A stretch of 64,000 bases of DNA, from contig JBHGNT010000009.1 of assembly GCA_043228905.1 (NCBI GenBank), forward strand, positions 2,418,001-2,482,000, written 5' to 3'. The notes under the pieces are model-generated. The model had not been told where the DNA came from. It saw only the letters and a list, made by a program, of their open reading frames with translations, and searched no databases. A program made the position numbers and the translations under genes. Shown here piece after piece: positions 36,664-48,596 of the stretch (position 1 is its first letter; the number at the start of each line of letters is the position of its first letter). The DNA is from Azolla caroliniana (lineage: Eukaryota > Plantae > Polypodiophyta).

Positions 36664-39600
36664 ACAGGAAGAAAACTCTCGGAGCAAAACAAGTACGAAT
36701 CGGCCCGGATGGGGCATCTACGTACACGGCCGTGACCGGAGGAATGAAGAAACAATACCGACAAGTGGAGGATAAGTTACGGTCGGCATCAATAATAAAA
36801 GAAGACGAAGAAATCGTGGGAGTGATCGAGGAAGTGTTCTATGGGAATACACTACAACGGCTTGAAGAGCTTGCGGAAGATAAAAGCCAAGGGAACCGGG
36901 TAGTCCCGGTGGAATCGGTCGAGATGTACGAGATCGTTGCGAAAATGGGGCCGGATGCGCTCCGCAAAGAAGAAGCAATGGTAAGTACGAAATACAAGAC
37001 CGTGGAGAAGAAGGTGAAACCGGCCGCGGGACCACTACCCGCCGATAGCGAACAAAAGAAGAAAGAAGTCTCGGGAGATCCGACACTTCGGAAGTCCGTG
37101 GATATCGGACATGCCTTCACAGATGAGACCCGGAAGAAACTTCGGATCGGTGGAGGTGGGTTCCTCTTACAAGAAGAAGAAAAACGGTTTCGAGAGATGT
37201 TGGAGCAACATGGCAAAGCATTCGCGTTCACATCGAGGGAGATCGGATGCATTGATCCAAAGATAGTGGAGCCGATGGTGATTTTCACGATTGATCATGT
37301 ACCGTGGAACCTGAAGCCGATTCCGGTGCCACGGGCGCATATTCCGAAAGTCATCGACTTGCTCAAGGAGAAGGTGGCGATGGGGATTCTAGAGCCATCA
37401 AGTGCTCCGTACTCAAATCGATGGTTTACGGTTCCGAAGAAGAATGGGTCACTCCGATTCATCCAAGACTTGCAACCGGTGAACAAGGTCACGATCCGGA
37501 ACTCGGGAGTCGGTCCGATAGTGGACGAATTCGCGGAAGCTTTTGCCGGACGTGCGATATACTCCATCGAGGACCTATACTCGGGGTATGACCAATTCCA
37601 ACTAGCCGTGGAGAGCCGAGACATCACTACCATGCGGACACCGATAGGACTAGTTCGAATGTGCACACTACCACAAGGAGCGACAAACTCGGTTGCACAT
37701 ATGATGAACGCGATGAACAAGGTGCTTCGAGATTGCATCCCGGAGATAACGATGCCGTTTCTAGATGACATTCCGATGAAAGGATGCGCGGTGGAAGAAA
37801 AAGATGAGACTATGGATGATCGGGGATGCCGAAAGTTCGTGGTCGACCATATTCATGATTGCGAGAAAGTGTTGCGAAAGCTAGAAGATGTGCACCTAAC
37901 ACTTTCCGGGGAGAAATCGGCATTCGGGCAAGAAGAAATATTGGTGGTCGGACATCTATGTGGACCCTACGGCCGAAGACCGTCACCAACAAAGATCGAT
38001 GCGATTCAAGCTATGAAGGAAGTATGTGAGTCAACATCAGAAGTCCGAAGGTTTCTGGGTGCGTGTGCATTCTATCACATATGGATTCCGCACTATGCAC
38101 ATATAGCGGACCCGCTCTATCACTTGTTGCGGAAAGGTAAGAAATTCGAGTGGAAACCGGAACACACTAAAGCCATGAGGAAGCTCAAGAAGACACTATG
38201 GAGGGCGGAATCACTTAAGAAGCCAAGCTACGAGCGGCCAATCATAGTAACGGTTGATACAAGTCCAACCGGTATCGGGTGGGTCATCAATCAAGCCGAC
38301 TCGGATGGTTCGCGGTATCCGATCCGATTTGGAGCAAAGGTCCTCAACGAAAGGCAACGCGGATATGCACAAGTCAAAAGAGAATTGTGGGGAGTCGTGT
38401 CGGCGATAAAATCGGATCGGGATTATTTGATCGGAGCTGAAGTGGTGATCGAGACGGATTGTCTTCCGATACTCGGGATGATGCGGTGTTGTACGATACC
38501 GGATGTGGCTATGCTAAGGTGGATTGCATATGTCAAGTCACTTAATCCGGAGGTTCGACACATCTCGGGGAAGGACAACGCGGTAGCGGACATGTTATCG
38601 AGGGCGCGGTTTGAAGACAACATAACCGAATCAGATAATGAACAAGTTTCCGAAGACTACTTCACGTCAGAACACATATGCCGAGTGAACGTGATCCGAG
38701 AATTCCGGGAAGAAGAATACGAGGGGGAAACCTTGATGATCGGGAAGATGCTACAAGAGGTCGAGGATTCAACCAATGATAAAGAAAGGAGAGCCGAGAT
38801 CCGAAGGAAGAAGAGGCAAGTCCAAAAGTTCTTCTTGGAAAACGGTTTAATATGGAGGATGCCGAAAAGACCGGATGGGATACCACTTCGAGTAGTCGGG
38901 ACGAAAGAGCAACGAAACCGGATAATGTCTGAGTTCCACGAATCCGATTGGGCTGGACATCGAGGAACATGGGCAACTTTTGTGAAAATCAAGCAAAGAT
39001 ATTGGTGGAAGAACATGTATAAAGATGTCGCGGAGTTCACAGAAAGCTGCGAGAAATGTCAAGTCTACTCCGGGGTCCGACACCGAGATGAGCTGCATCC
39101 GACATTCTCACCGACAATCAACTTCAAGTGGATGGTCGACATTGTAGCTATGCCGACCGGGATTGGACAAAAGAAATACTTGGTGTTAGCTCGAGAAGAT
39201 CTCACAAACCAAGTTGAAGGTCGAGCGCTTCGGAGGAAAACGTGTGCCGCGGTGTGCCAATTTCTTTTGGAAGAAGTGTTTTGTAGGTACGGCTGCGTAG
39301 GACAAGTGATTGCGGACCGAGGAGAACTCGACTCGGACAAAGCTAGGGGATTCTTCGCCAAACATGGAGTTCGGTTAACGTTGACAACGGCCTACAATCC
39401 GGAGGCCAACGGGAAGATCGAACGAGGACATAGTCCGATCGTGAAAGCACTTGCGAAGGCATGCGACGGAAGGGTGAAGGATTGGCCACAAATGCTTCCG
39501 TATGCACTATGGGCAGATCGGACGACGCATACCTCCGTGACCGGTTACATGCCGGCAGAACTCATGATCGGACAAGCACCGGTAATGCCAACGGAAACCG

Positions 39601-40211
39601 CAATCGCGACATGGACAATACTACCGTGGAAGGAAGAGATGAGCCGGGAAGAACTACTAGCGGTCCGGATACGACAACTGGAGGGAAGACCGAAAGATGT
39701 AGCGGAAGCGTCACGCCGACAACAAGAAGCACGGTTCCGGAACAAAAGCCGGTTCGACACAAAGCACCGACTACGACCGAGGAGGATTGAAGAAGGAGAT
39801 TGGGTGATCGTCTATGATAGTAGCTTGGACCATCAACATACAACGATGCGGAAATTCGCGAAAAAGTGGTTCGGGCCGTACGAGGTTCGGAAGGTCTTCG
39901 ACAACGGGACGTACCGATTGTCCGAGTTGGATGGAACAATACTACGAGTGCCTATAGCCGGGAAGCGGGTCAAGATTTTTAAGAAGCGGACCGACGACGA
40001 ACCTTCTGTGATCCAAGTCGAGGCCGACAACGAGGAGCAATCGGACGAAGACCACAATGATGCGGGAAGCGAAGAAAGTGGATTACAACTCATAGTCGAC
40101 ATAAGGGGAGAATCAGAGGAAGCTTCGGATGAAGACGGATACGAAGAATCAAGAACTTCGGCACATACCGGAGGATGTGCGTGTTTGGAGGGGGCGAGTG
40201 TCGTAGTGTAG
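36600..40211 (+). CDS. pol: pol of A2 (RT, RNase H, integrase, acidic tail), reached by -1 frameshift
   Basis: Frame open from slip site through the 1159-aa ORF; PFLDD, VDTS, HHCC, WMVD, IADRG, NGKIER, WFGPY; stop lies just inside the 3' LTR. Confidence 0.93.
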   Translation, partial: GFLKRTVAEWGSDSPRSPDTPHRKKTLGAKQVRIGPDGASTYTAVTGGMKKQYRQVEDKLRSASIIKEDEEIVGVIEEVFYGNTLQRLEELAEDKSQGNRVVPVESVEMYEIVAKMGPDALRKEEAMVSTKYKTVEKKVKPAAGPLPADSEQKKKEVSGDPTLRKSVDIGHAFTDETRKKLRIGGGGFLLQEEEKRFREMLEQHGKAFAFTSREIGCIDPKIVEPMVIFTIDHVPWNLKPIPVPRAHIPKVIDLLKEKVAMGILEPSSAPYSNRWFTVPKKNGSLRFIQDLQPVNKVTIRNSGVGPIVDEFAEAFAGRAIYSIEDLYSGYDQFQLAVESRDITTMRTPIGLVRMCTLPQGATNSVAHMMNAMNKVLRDCIPEITMPFLDDIPMKGCAVEEKDETMDDRGCRKFVVDHIHDCEKVLRKLEDVHLTLSGEKSAFGQEEILVVGHLCGPYGRRPSPTKIDAIQAMKEVCESTSEVRRFLGACAFYHIWIPHYAHIADPLYHLLRKGKKFEWKPEHTKAMRKLKKTLWRAESLKKPSYERPIIVTVDTSPTGIGWVINQADSDGSRYPIRFGAKVLNERQRGYAQVKRELWGVVSAIKSDRDYLIGAEVVIETDCLPILGMMRCCTIPDVAMLRWIAYVKSLNPEVRHISGKDNAVADMLSRARFEDNITESDNEQVSEDYFTSEHICRVNVIREFREEEYEGETLMIGKMLQEVEDSTNDKERRAEIRRKKRQVQKFFLENGLIWRMPKRPDGIPLRVVGTKEQRNRIMSEFHESDWAGHRGTWATFVKIKQRYWWKNMYKDVAEFTESCEKCQVYSGVRHRDELHPTFSPTINFKWMVDIVAMPTGIGQKKYLVLAREDLTNQVEGRALRRKTCAAVCQFLLEEVFCRYGCVGQVIADRGELDSDKARGFFAKHGVRLTLTTAYNPEANGKIERGHSPIVKALAKACDGRVKDWPQMLPYALWADRTTHTSVTGYMPAELMIGQAPVMPTETAIATWTILPWKEEMSREELLAVRIRQLEGRPKDVAEASRRQQEARFRNKSRFDTKHRLRPRRIEEGDWVIVYDSSLDHQHTTMRKFAKKWFGPYEVRKVFDNGTYRLSELDGTILRVPIAGKRVKIFKKRTDDEPSVIQVEADNEEQSDEDHNDAGSEESGLQLIVDIRGESEEASDEDGYEESRTSAHTGGCACLEGASVVV
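40187..40198 (+). promoter_or_regulatory. Polypurine tract of A2
   Basis: GGAGGGGGCGAG abutting 3' LTR. Confidence 0.8.
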
Positions 40212-41011
40212 GTTGCACACTATGTGGAAATTATATTTTTGTCCCTCCGGATAGAGAATGGAGTGCTCGGTGAGAACCGGAAGAAAACGGCATACCGGCA
40301 AGGAGGAAAACGGCATACCGGCAAGGAAGAAAACGGCATACCGGCAAGGAAGAGCCGGATAAAGAGACATAAATGTAAAAAAAAAAAGGGAAATACTCAC
40401 TACTGCACAGGGCGTGATTCGAACTCTGCACCTCCACGTTGACAAACCCCAACCTTACCATTACATTAACTTATCTTAAGTGTTTTAAATATAGATTTAA
40501 TACGTATAAGACCTTTATTTATGCATACCTTTATTAAAAGGTAAATCGTGTATTTTTTAATATATGAAAAAGAAAAAAAACACGAGACACTAAAAATAAC
40601 TCATGCACATCTAGCGTGCATGAGCCCTATACTTAGGAAATAAAAAAGCATCACATGCACATTTAGTGGACATGAACACTTTTTGTAAAAAAAAAAGCAT
40701 GAAGCCATGCTTAGCTCTTCCTTCCTTATATAGGGAGGAGAGAAATATGTAAAGGGTTGTTGATTATTTGGATTAAGTATTAATCAATACAAAAATTATT
40801 CGTGGGATTCACGATTTATACATCTACTTCTCTCTTAACACCCTAAGTACCAATTAATATAGTATACTCGTGTGATTCACGAGTTTCTTATCTTTCTCTT
40901 TGCTATTTACTCATAATTAATCTCTATCTCACGAACTTCTTTTCTCCTAGTCCAAGACCTCTGTGGTTCCCACCCGACTCACGCAACGATCCGGAGCCGA
41001 AAGGCACGACA
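40199..41011 (+). repeat. 3' LTR of A2
   Basis: Direct repeat of 33722-34534. Confidence 0.96.
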
Positions 41012-41015
41012 ACGC

Positions 41016-43131
41016 CACAGAGAGTATGGACCGATAAGGAAGTGTCCTATCGGCATCTGAAGGTGTTCGGGTGTCTCGCGTACGTGCATGTAGCTAAGGA
41101 CCGGAGAGGAAAATTAGATCCGAAGACCCAGCCATGCATATTCCTCGGTTACGACGACGATGAGTTCGGCTACCGAGTGTGGAACCCGGTCGACAAGAAG
41201 GTATTCCGGAGTCGAGATATTATCTTCATGGAGGACGAGACGCTCGCCGACTGGGAGTCGGAGAAGAAGATAATGAACTCTGAGTCGACCAGTAAGGATC
41301 GATTGTACGATGAGCAGACCCAACCGGCAAGAGACCGGTTAGCACTTGATGAACCAGCCGGTTACGGTGAGGATACCGTACCGGCAGAAGAAGTAGAGGA
41401 AGCTGAAATCGGAATAGGCCAAGACCCCGAATCAGATTCGGATGAAGATCAAATAGTGGAGCCGGTTGCCGAAAGACAAAGACGGAGATATCCTCTCAGA
41501 GAGAGAAGGGCCCCCCGGAGATTTCCAGATGTAGAGCATGTGGTGTTGACCGATGAGAGGGAGCCAGAAAACTTCGAGGAAGCTAAAAGTGACGCCCATA
41601 GCCGCAAATGGTTAAGTTCCATGCAGGATGAGATGGAATCCCTACATGAGAACCATACATACGAATTGTTGGAGTTGCCGAAAGGAAAGCGGCCACTCCG
41701 AAACAAGTGGGTGTACAAGTTGAAACCGGGAGATGCCGGTAACCCCCCGAGATACAAAGCCAGGATCGTGGTGAAGGGGTTCTAGTAGAAGAAGGCCGTG
41801 GACTTCGACGAGTTATTTGCCCCGGTAGTAAAGATGACCTCCATCTGGATGGTGCTGAGTATAGCAGCAAGCATGGACCTCGAGGTTGAGCAGTTGGACG
41901 TGAAGACGACATTCCTTCATGGTGACCTCGAAGAGGAGATCTACATGCAGCAACTGGAAGGATTCGTGGAGAAAGGGAAGGAGCACCTAGTTTGCCGGTT
42001 GAAGAAGAGCTTGTACGGACTGAAGCAGGCTCCCCGACAATGGTACCGGAAGTTCGACTCCTTCATGACCGATCAAGGGTACCACAAGACACAGGCCGAT
42101 CACTGTGTGTTTGTGAAGAAGTTCGAAAGAGGCGACTTCCTGATACTCCTTCTGTACGTGGACGACATGTTGATCGTCGGACGGGACCAAGCCAAAATAC
42201 GGATGCTGAAGAAGGCTCTCAACGGACCTTCTCAATGAAAGACTTGGGTCCGGCAAGACAGATGCTAGGGATGCATATTATCCGGGACCGGTCAACGAAG
42301 CAATTGTGGCTGTCACAGGAGAAGTACGTGACAAAGGTGCTTCAGCGGTTCAACATGTCAGATGCGAAACCGGTCGGATCGACACTTCCAGCAAACTGCA
42401 GGTTATCCGGTAAGCAAAACCCGAAGACGAAAGTAGAGAAGGCGGATATGGTGAAGGTTCCATATGCCTCTATCGTCGGGAGCTTAATGTACGCAATGGT
42501 GTGTACTCGACCGGATATTGGAAACGCAGTCGGAGTGGTGAGCCGGTTCATGAGCAATCCCGGCAAGGAGCACTGGAACGCGATCAAATGGATACTCCGG
42601 TACTTGAAGGGCACTTCGAATATGTGTCTCTAATTTGGCTCTGGTAAACCTCAACTTGACGGTTTTATCGATTCGGACATGTCGGCTGATGTGGATACCA
42701 GTCGGTCTACATCCGGGTATGTAATGACATATGCAGGGGGAGCTGTTTCGTGGCAGTCGAGGCTGCAGAAGACAGTTGCGTTGTCAACCACGGAGGCGGA
42801 GTACAAGGTTGCTATGGAAGCCGGCAAGGAAATACTATGGATGAAGGACTTCATCGGAGAGCTCGGTTTCCGGCAAGATGAATATCGGCTCTATTGCAAC
42901 AATCAAAGTGTCATCCACCTTGCTAAGAACGCAGCGTACCACTCCAGGACGAAGCACATCCAGCGTAGGTATCATTGGATCCGGGAGCGAGTAGAAGATC
43001 AAGAGTTCGCGCTAACGAAGATCCACACGAACGAGAACGGGTCAGATATGCTGACCAAAGTGCTGATACCCGAGAAGCTGGATGCATGTCAGAAGCGGAT
43101 CGGACTAGTAAGACATCCCATGCCGGAGTGA
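41016..43131 (+). pseudogene. pol: D2 integrase C-term, RT, RNase H
   Basis: KVFGCLAYVHV, YKARIVVKGF, LYVDD, HSRTKHI; stops and a frameshift. Confidence 0.93.
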
Positions 43132-43141
43132 AGGGGGAGTT

Positions 43142-43789
43142 TGTTACGAAACAAATCCCTCTGGATGGGATGTGGAGTACCCGGCAACGGAAGACCCGGT
43201 GAGAACCGGATGTGGAGTACCCGGCAACGGAAGACACGGTGAGAGCCAGAATGGTGAAGACCCGGTGAGAACCGAATGACGAGTGCCCGGCAAGCGCCGG
43301 ATGATGCAAGCCCGGTGAGGAGTGCTCACCGGATGAAGGGACATATTCGTAAATATGTTCTTGAGAGTCCATTGGGACTATATTTGTAAATGGCCGAAAA
43401 GTCATATTAGTATAAATATGACTTAGGGCAAACTTAAGAGTTGTTGTCATTCTTGTTGGTGCAAGATTAGAGCGCAACCCTGTACAGAAAGAGAGAGAGA
43501 GTGAGTGAGTGAGAGACGAAGAGGATGTTGTCTCTGTTGTAACCGCCACCTGTGGCAAAGATAGTGAACAAGAGGCCATTGCCTCTGTGTTCATCTATTG
43601 TATATTGTAACATAGTGATAGTTTGCAGTCTGTGTACTGCCGTGGTTTTTCCCCTGTTTGGGTTTTCCACGTAAACATCCTGTGTACTCTTCTCTTTACT
43701 GTGTCGTGCATACATTACCCGTTTTCCTGTGTTTGATCCTAGACTCGGTTGTGGTCGAGCATTGTTTTACGGAGCATGTAGTCCTTTCA
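43142..43789 (+). repeat. 3' LTR of D2, with 40-bp U3 repeats
   Basis: After PPT GAAGGGGGAG; TGTT...TTCA. Confidence 0.92.
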
Positions 43790-44105
43790 GGAGGAGAGAG
43801 CTCGGTCCTAATCCGACAACACTTCGTCCTCGCCAAAACGCGATACCTTTTACGATTCCTCTCCCTTTCTTTTATATCCCAAGGAGAGAGGCCGTTACAA
43901 CTTGTTACATCATCTTTATTCTCTATCCTTTCGGACAGAGATATGCCTCGATTTCCTACTTATCAAATCCGTGCGACCTAGGATATTCACATCAGCCAAC
44001 TTGTACCTAAATATGTACATTACAACAAAACTTGTGCCCGCGTGTAAGGGCCAATTCGTGCACATCATTCTCTGATTCCGCCTAGGGACGGTTTTCTCCA
44101 CGACA
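43790..44105 (-). repeat. Remnant B-like LTR (probably the 5' LTR of B')
   Basis: Shares CGACAACACTTCGTCCTC and GGACGGTTTTC...CGACA with the B LTR. Confidence 0.65.
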
Positions 44106-44630
44106 ATGCGTACATGACGTGAGTGGCGGAATTGCGTGAGTCGGAGAGCTAGTACGCAGAAGCGGCGAAAGACGCGAACTGGCGTGCCGCAATGGAGGAA
44201 GAGATGCACGCCTTAACGCAGAACGAGACATGGGACCCGGTTGACGCACCGAAGGGTGTGAAGCCGATCGGATGTCGGTGGGTGTATAAAGTGAAATACA
44301 ATACCGACGGCTCCGTCAATCGATACAAGGCCCACTTAGTAGCAAAAGGCTACGCGCAGAAGCACGACGTGGACTACGATGAGACCTTTGCGCCGGTCGC
44401 GAAGATGACGACTATCCGCGTCCTGCTAGCCGTAGTTATGGCAAAGGGGTGGCACTTACATCAAATGGATGTAAAGAACGCGTTCCTGCAAGGTGATCTT
44501 GAGGAGCAAATGTACATGGTATAGCCCCCCGGTTTTCTATCCGAACAAAACACCTTGGCAGTTTGTTGACTTAAGAAGTCATTGTACGAACTTAAGCAAG
44601 CCCCGCGAGCCTGGAACGACGTCATTACGC
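44106..44630 (+). pseudogene. pol: Copia RT fragment (family F)
   Basis: [38 protein letters not shown]. Confidence 0.9.
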
Positions 44631-45273
44631 TGTCCAAGTATTCCTCGCGGATGCGTGGAATGAGGCGGGGCCTCGGGGGTCTTGTACCGAAGAGCAAGAG
44701 ACAAAGGAGAAGTGAAGAGACCCACTACGTGCGAGCGTAGATTCACAGGGACACGGCCCTTCGAAACAAAGACGCGAGTGGGACGCCGACGCAGAGAGAC
44801 ACGAATGTAGGTATATATATATTAACAAAGACAAACAACAAGAAGCACAAAGTCGGTTACAACCGAACAGGCCGGCGAACAGATGCTGATGCCTGTTCAT
44901 AAATGCTCAGAAAGAAAGGAGTAGGTTGGAGGTGCTGCCGGAAGCACCTGGGCATTCCTCAGAGCAGCGCGAGCCTCCTCAAACCTGCACAGAAAGAAGC
45001 TACGGAGTTTGGAAGAGAGAGAAGCCTTCGGCCGACAACCCGACAACACTTCGTCCTCTCTATCCGCGATCCGTTCCTCCTCCTCGTCTCCCCCCTTTTA
45101 TAGGCAAGAAAGGAGCCGTTTCCCATTAACTCCCTTCCTACCGAATCTACCTACCCAGGATCTTCTATGTACCTAATTCTCTCTTATGTACAACATAAAG
45201 CGTACGTGCATGAAGAGCCGGTTCCTACGCTCCGGTGCACCGATTCCACTTGTGGACGGTTTTCTTCGCGACA
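44631..45273 (-). repeat. Unpaired family B LTR with non-matching flanks
   Basis: Full-length copy of the 643-bp LTR; flanks ACGC and CCGC; host sequence differs on each side. Confidence 0.92.
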
Positions 45274-45436
45274 CCGCCTTTTCGCATTGTCGCCTTGACC
45301 TATCAGAGAAGGTTGGTATCTACGTTTACCGCTTTCTCCTTCCGACTCTTTTGGTTGGTAACGAGCTTTTGTGTCAAACAGAATGCGGGCACGTTCCATC
45401 GCTTCTCCCAAGGTCTTGGGTTGATGAGCGTGGATC

Positions 45437-45700
45437 TCATAATGAAAATTTATTATGGAAACTATTAATATATAATCCTATCAGTATTTGCTTATTAGAT
45501 GCCGACAAAAGTCCATGCTTTGTTATCATGTCGCGGAAATACTGATTGAATTGGTCAATAGTCCTACCCTTATCAAACAAGTGACACATATCTTGTATCA
45601 CTTTAGAAGTTGTCTTGGGATGGACAAATTCCATCCTGAGAGTCTTTTCAAATGCCTCCCACGTTCCCGGTTTTCTATCCAACCGCTCCCACCATGAGTT
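45437..45700 (-). pseudogene. gag: Retrotransposon gag fragment
   Basis: GAANSWW...TWEAFEKTLRMEF...QFNQYF resembles a retrotransposon gag core. Confidence 0.6.
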
Positions 45701-45704
45701 TGCG

Positions 45705-47946
45705 GCACCGATCATTGTCGAGATGGCTAGGTGTATGTTGAAGGCACAAGCGTTGCCCGACCCATTCTGGACTGAAGCAGTGAATACAACAGTTTACATC
45801 CTCAATCAGACCTACACAAAGGCACTTCAAGGGAAAACACCCCAAGAAACTTAATCAGGCAAGAAACCTTCAATGCTACACTTCAGAACCTTTGGGTGTA
45901 CATGCTGCTACACACATGTTCTAGATGTGAGCAGAAAGAAGTTGGATGCTAAAAGCAAGAAGTGTATCTTTCTTGGATATAGTGAAGAGTCAAAGGCCTA
46001 TCGACTCTACGATCCAGAGGCAATAAAGATATTGACAAGTTGCGATGTGGAGTTCGATGAGGAACGACCATAGCTAGATGAGAACAATGATTCTCAAGTT
46101 ATCTCATCAACTGAAGAAGTATTCCCCGCAATCCCGACCCACTATCCAAAAAAGGAAGCTGAACCATCTGATGGTAACGGCTCACTAGTTCAGCCTATGC
46201 CAATGCCATATGTAAAGAAAATACCTAAGTGGGATCAACAACTCTTCAATGACCGTACTCCTAAAGTTGAGTTTCCTAAAACTTCAACTAATGGATTACG
46301 AAGATCAAGAAGAATACAGGAGCAAGGGAGAACCTCTGACCACATTTTCAACATGGCGCTTATGGTGGACATCATAGGCTCAGTGAGTGAGCCGACCTCA
46401 GTGGAGGAAGCCATGGCCGACCCGAAGTGGAAAGAGGCGATGATATCAAAATACGATAGCATCATGAAAAATGACACGTGGGAGGTCGTAGAGAGGCCAA
46501 CAAAGTGGAAGGTGAGAGGCACCAAGTGGGTGTGGAAAGTAAAGTATAAAGCTAATGGTTCTTTGGAGAAATTTAAGGCCAAGCTAGTAGCACAAGGATA
46601 CTCCCAAATTGAAGGGTTCAATGTACAAGAAACATTTGCCCCGATAGCTCGCATGACAACAATTCGAATGGTCATAGCATTGGCTGCTTCAAGAGGATGG
46701 CCGATTTATCAAATGGATGTCAAATCGGCATTTTTGAATGGGCATCTCAAGGAGGAGGTATACGTGACACAATCACCAGGGTTTGAGATGCCAAATTCCA
46801 AAAACAAAGTCTACAAGCTTAAGAAGGCGTTGTATGGTCTAAAGCAAGCACCTAGACCTTGGAACAAGAGGATAGACAAGTTCTTACAATCAATCGACTT
46901 TAAGCAATGTGCTTCAGATGCAAGTATGTATGTCAAAATGAAGGACGGGAAACAAGTCATCATCATCATTTACGTGGATGATCTAGTACTTATTGGTGAC
47001 CATGAAGAGTGTATTGGCCAAACACAAGAGTGTTTGAAAACTGAGTTTGAAATGACAGACTTGGGGATTTTACACTACTTCCTTGGAATTGAGGTTTGGC
47101 AAACCTCGGTTAGCATCTTCATGTCACAAAGAAAGTACGCAACAGAGATCTTGAAGACCTTTGGGATGATGGACAGCAAGTCGAAGTCGATTCCAATGAA
47201 GTCAAACTGCAAGTTATCCCAAGAAGACCTATCACCAATGGTTGACATAAGGAAGTATATACAGCTAGTAGGAAGTCTAATTTTCCTATGCAACATTAGG
47301 ACGGATATTTGTTTTGTAGTCGGTGTGGTGAGTCAATTCAACAACAAGCCGCATGAGACTCATTGGAAAGTTGCACTACGTGTATTAAAGTACATTGTGG
47401 GTACTTTAAATTACGGAATCTTGTACAAGCCAACAATTGACGAACTTAGTGGATATTGTGACTCCAACTGGGCAGTGGAGATAGTGATTCCAGAAAATCA
47501 GTTTTTGGATCTTATTTTTCAATAGGCTCTGGAGGCTTTTCATGGAGTATTAAAAACAACCAACAGTGGCACTATCTTCAACGGAGGCAGAATACAAAGC
47601 AGCATGCATAACAGCATGCGAGGTAGTTTGGCTAAGAAGAATCCTTATGGATGTGGCGGTTCCAATAAGGACAACAACAGTATTGCGGTGTGACAATCAG
47701 AGTTGCATGTTCATTGCCAAGAACCATGTATTTCATGCACGTACTAAACACATAGAGATTCAGTATCACTATGTGCGAGAGCTAATAAATGATGAGACTG
47801 TGGAGCTTGAGTACTGTCCGACATCAGAAAATGCTATGGATATATTCACAAAGGAGCTTGGAGCATAACAACTACAACAACACCTTCGACGACTAGGAGT
47901 TGGCCCAATTCCAAGTGAACTCAATGGGTTCACCATTGAGGGGGCA
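45705..47946 (+). pseudogene. pol: Degenerate Copia (family E) integrase-RT-RNase H with PPT; LTR probably starts 47947
   Basis: EMARCML, FWTEAV, IYVDD, ALSSTEAEY, HARTKHIE; GAGGGGGCA then TGTTAG. Confidence 0.9.
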
Positions 47947-48525
47947 TGTTAGATATAATTAATGATCAACCCCAATTTGTAAATCTATCCCCATATGTGC
48001 TCTTAGAGTGCACATTTTGTGATAGCGCCGCAAATGATGAGCGACTAGTGTGCAACTCGACCATATGGGTCGATAAGGTGTTAATCTAGGAAACCGTAGA
48101 TGCGTAGAACACAATGGATTTAGGAAAGAGCAAAATAGGTAATCAAGTCAACTAGAATATTTTGTGGGCAAGTTACAATGTACTTAGTCTTGAAGTACGT
48201 GCCATTGACTTCAAGATAAGTACTATCTAGCACTAGCCTATATCTAGGGAGTTGGGTCATATTAAATGACAAGTCAATTGACAGAAAAGGAATATCTCCA
48301 CTACTATCAACTGACATGCACATTTAATGTTGCACTCAGACCAAATAGAGAATATAATCCACTCTCTTACACAGTGGTGTATTGATAATCAATCCCCACT
48401 AATTTTGTAGTGAATTTTAGACCATGAGGTCGATAAAAGGAGTGCGAGCGGTATACAATCGGTGGGTGGGTGTATGTGAGGGAGAATCAGAGGGAGAATG
48501 AGAGTGAAAGAAGAGAAATGTGAGT

Positions 48526-48528
<3 letters not shown>

Positions 48529-48594
<66 letters not shown>
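48529..48594. repeat. (AG)n(TG)n compound microsatellite
   Basis: Direct reading. Confidence 0.95.

Positions 48595-48596
<2 letters not shown>

Larger units (their letters stand above)
33722..41011 (+). mobile_element. Gypsy family A copy A2, full length and apparently intact (7290 bp)
   Basis: 813-bp LTR pair, TSD ACGC (33718-33721, 41012-41015), PBS, PPT, two uninterrupted ORFs. Confidence 0.97.
31160..43789 (+). mobile_element. Ty1/Copia D2 (Tork/Tnt1-like), interrupted by A2; 5' LTR truncated
   Basis: LTR pair 31160-31779 and 43142-43789, decayed Met PBS, gag-pol, PPT. Confidence 0.93.

Noticed and set aside
39980-40211. Chromodomain at the end of A2 integrase
   Set aside because: The tail is acidic and low-complexity, lacking the aromatic-cage chromodomain pattern.
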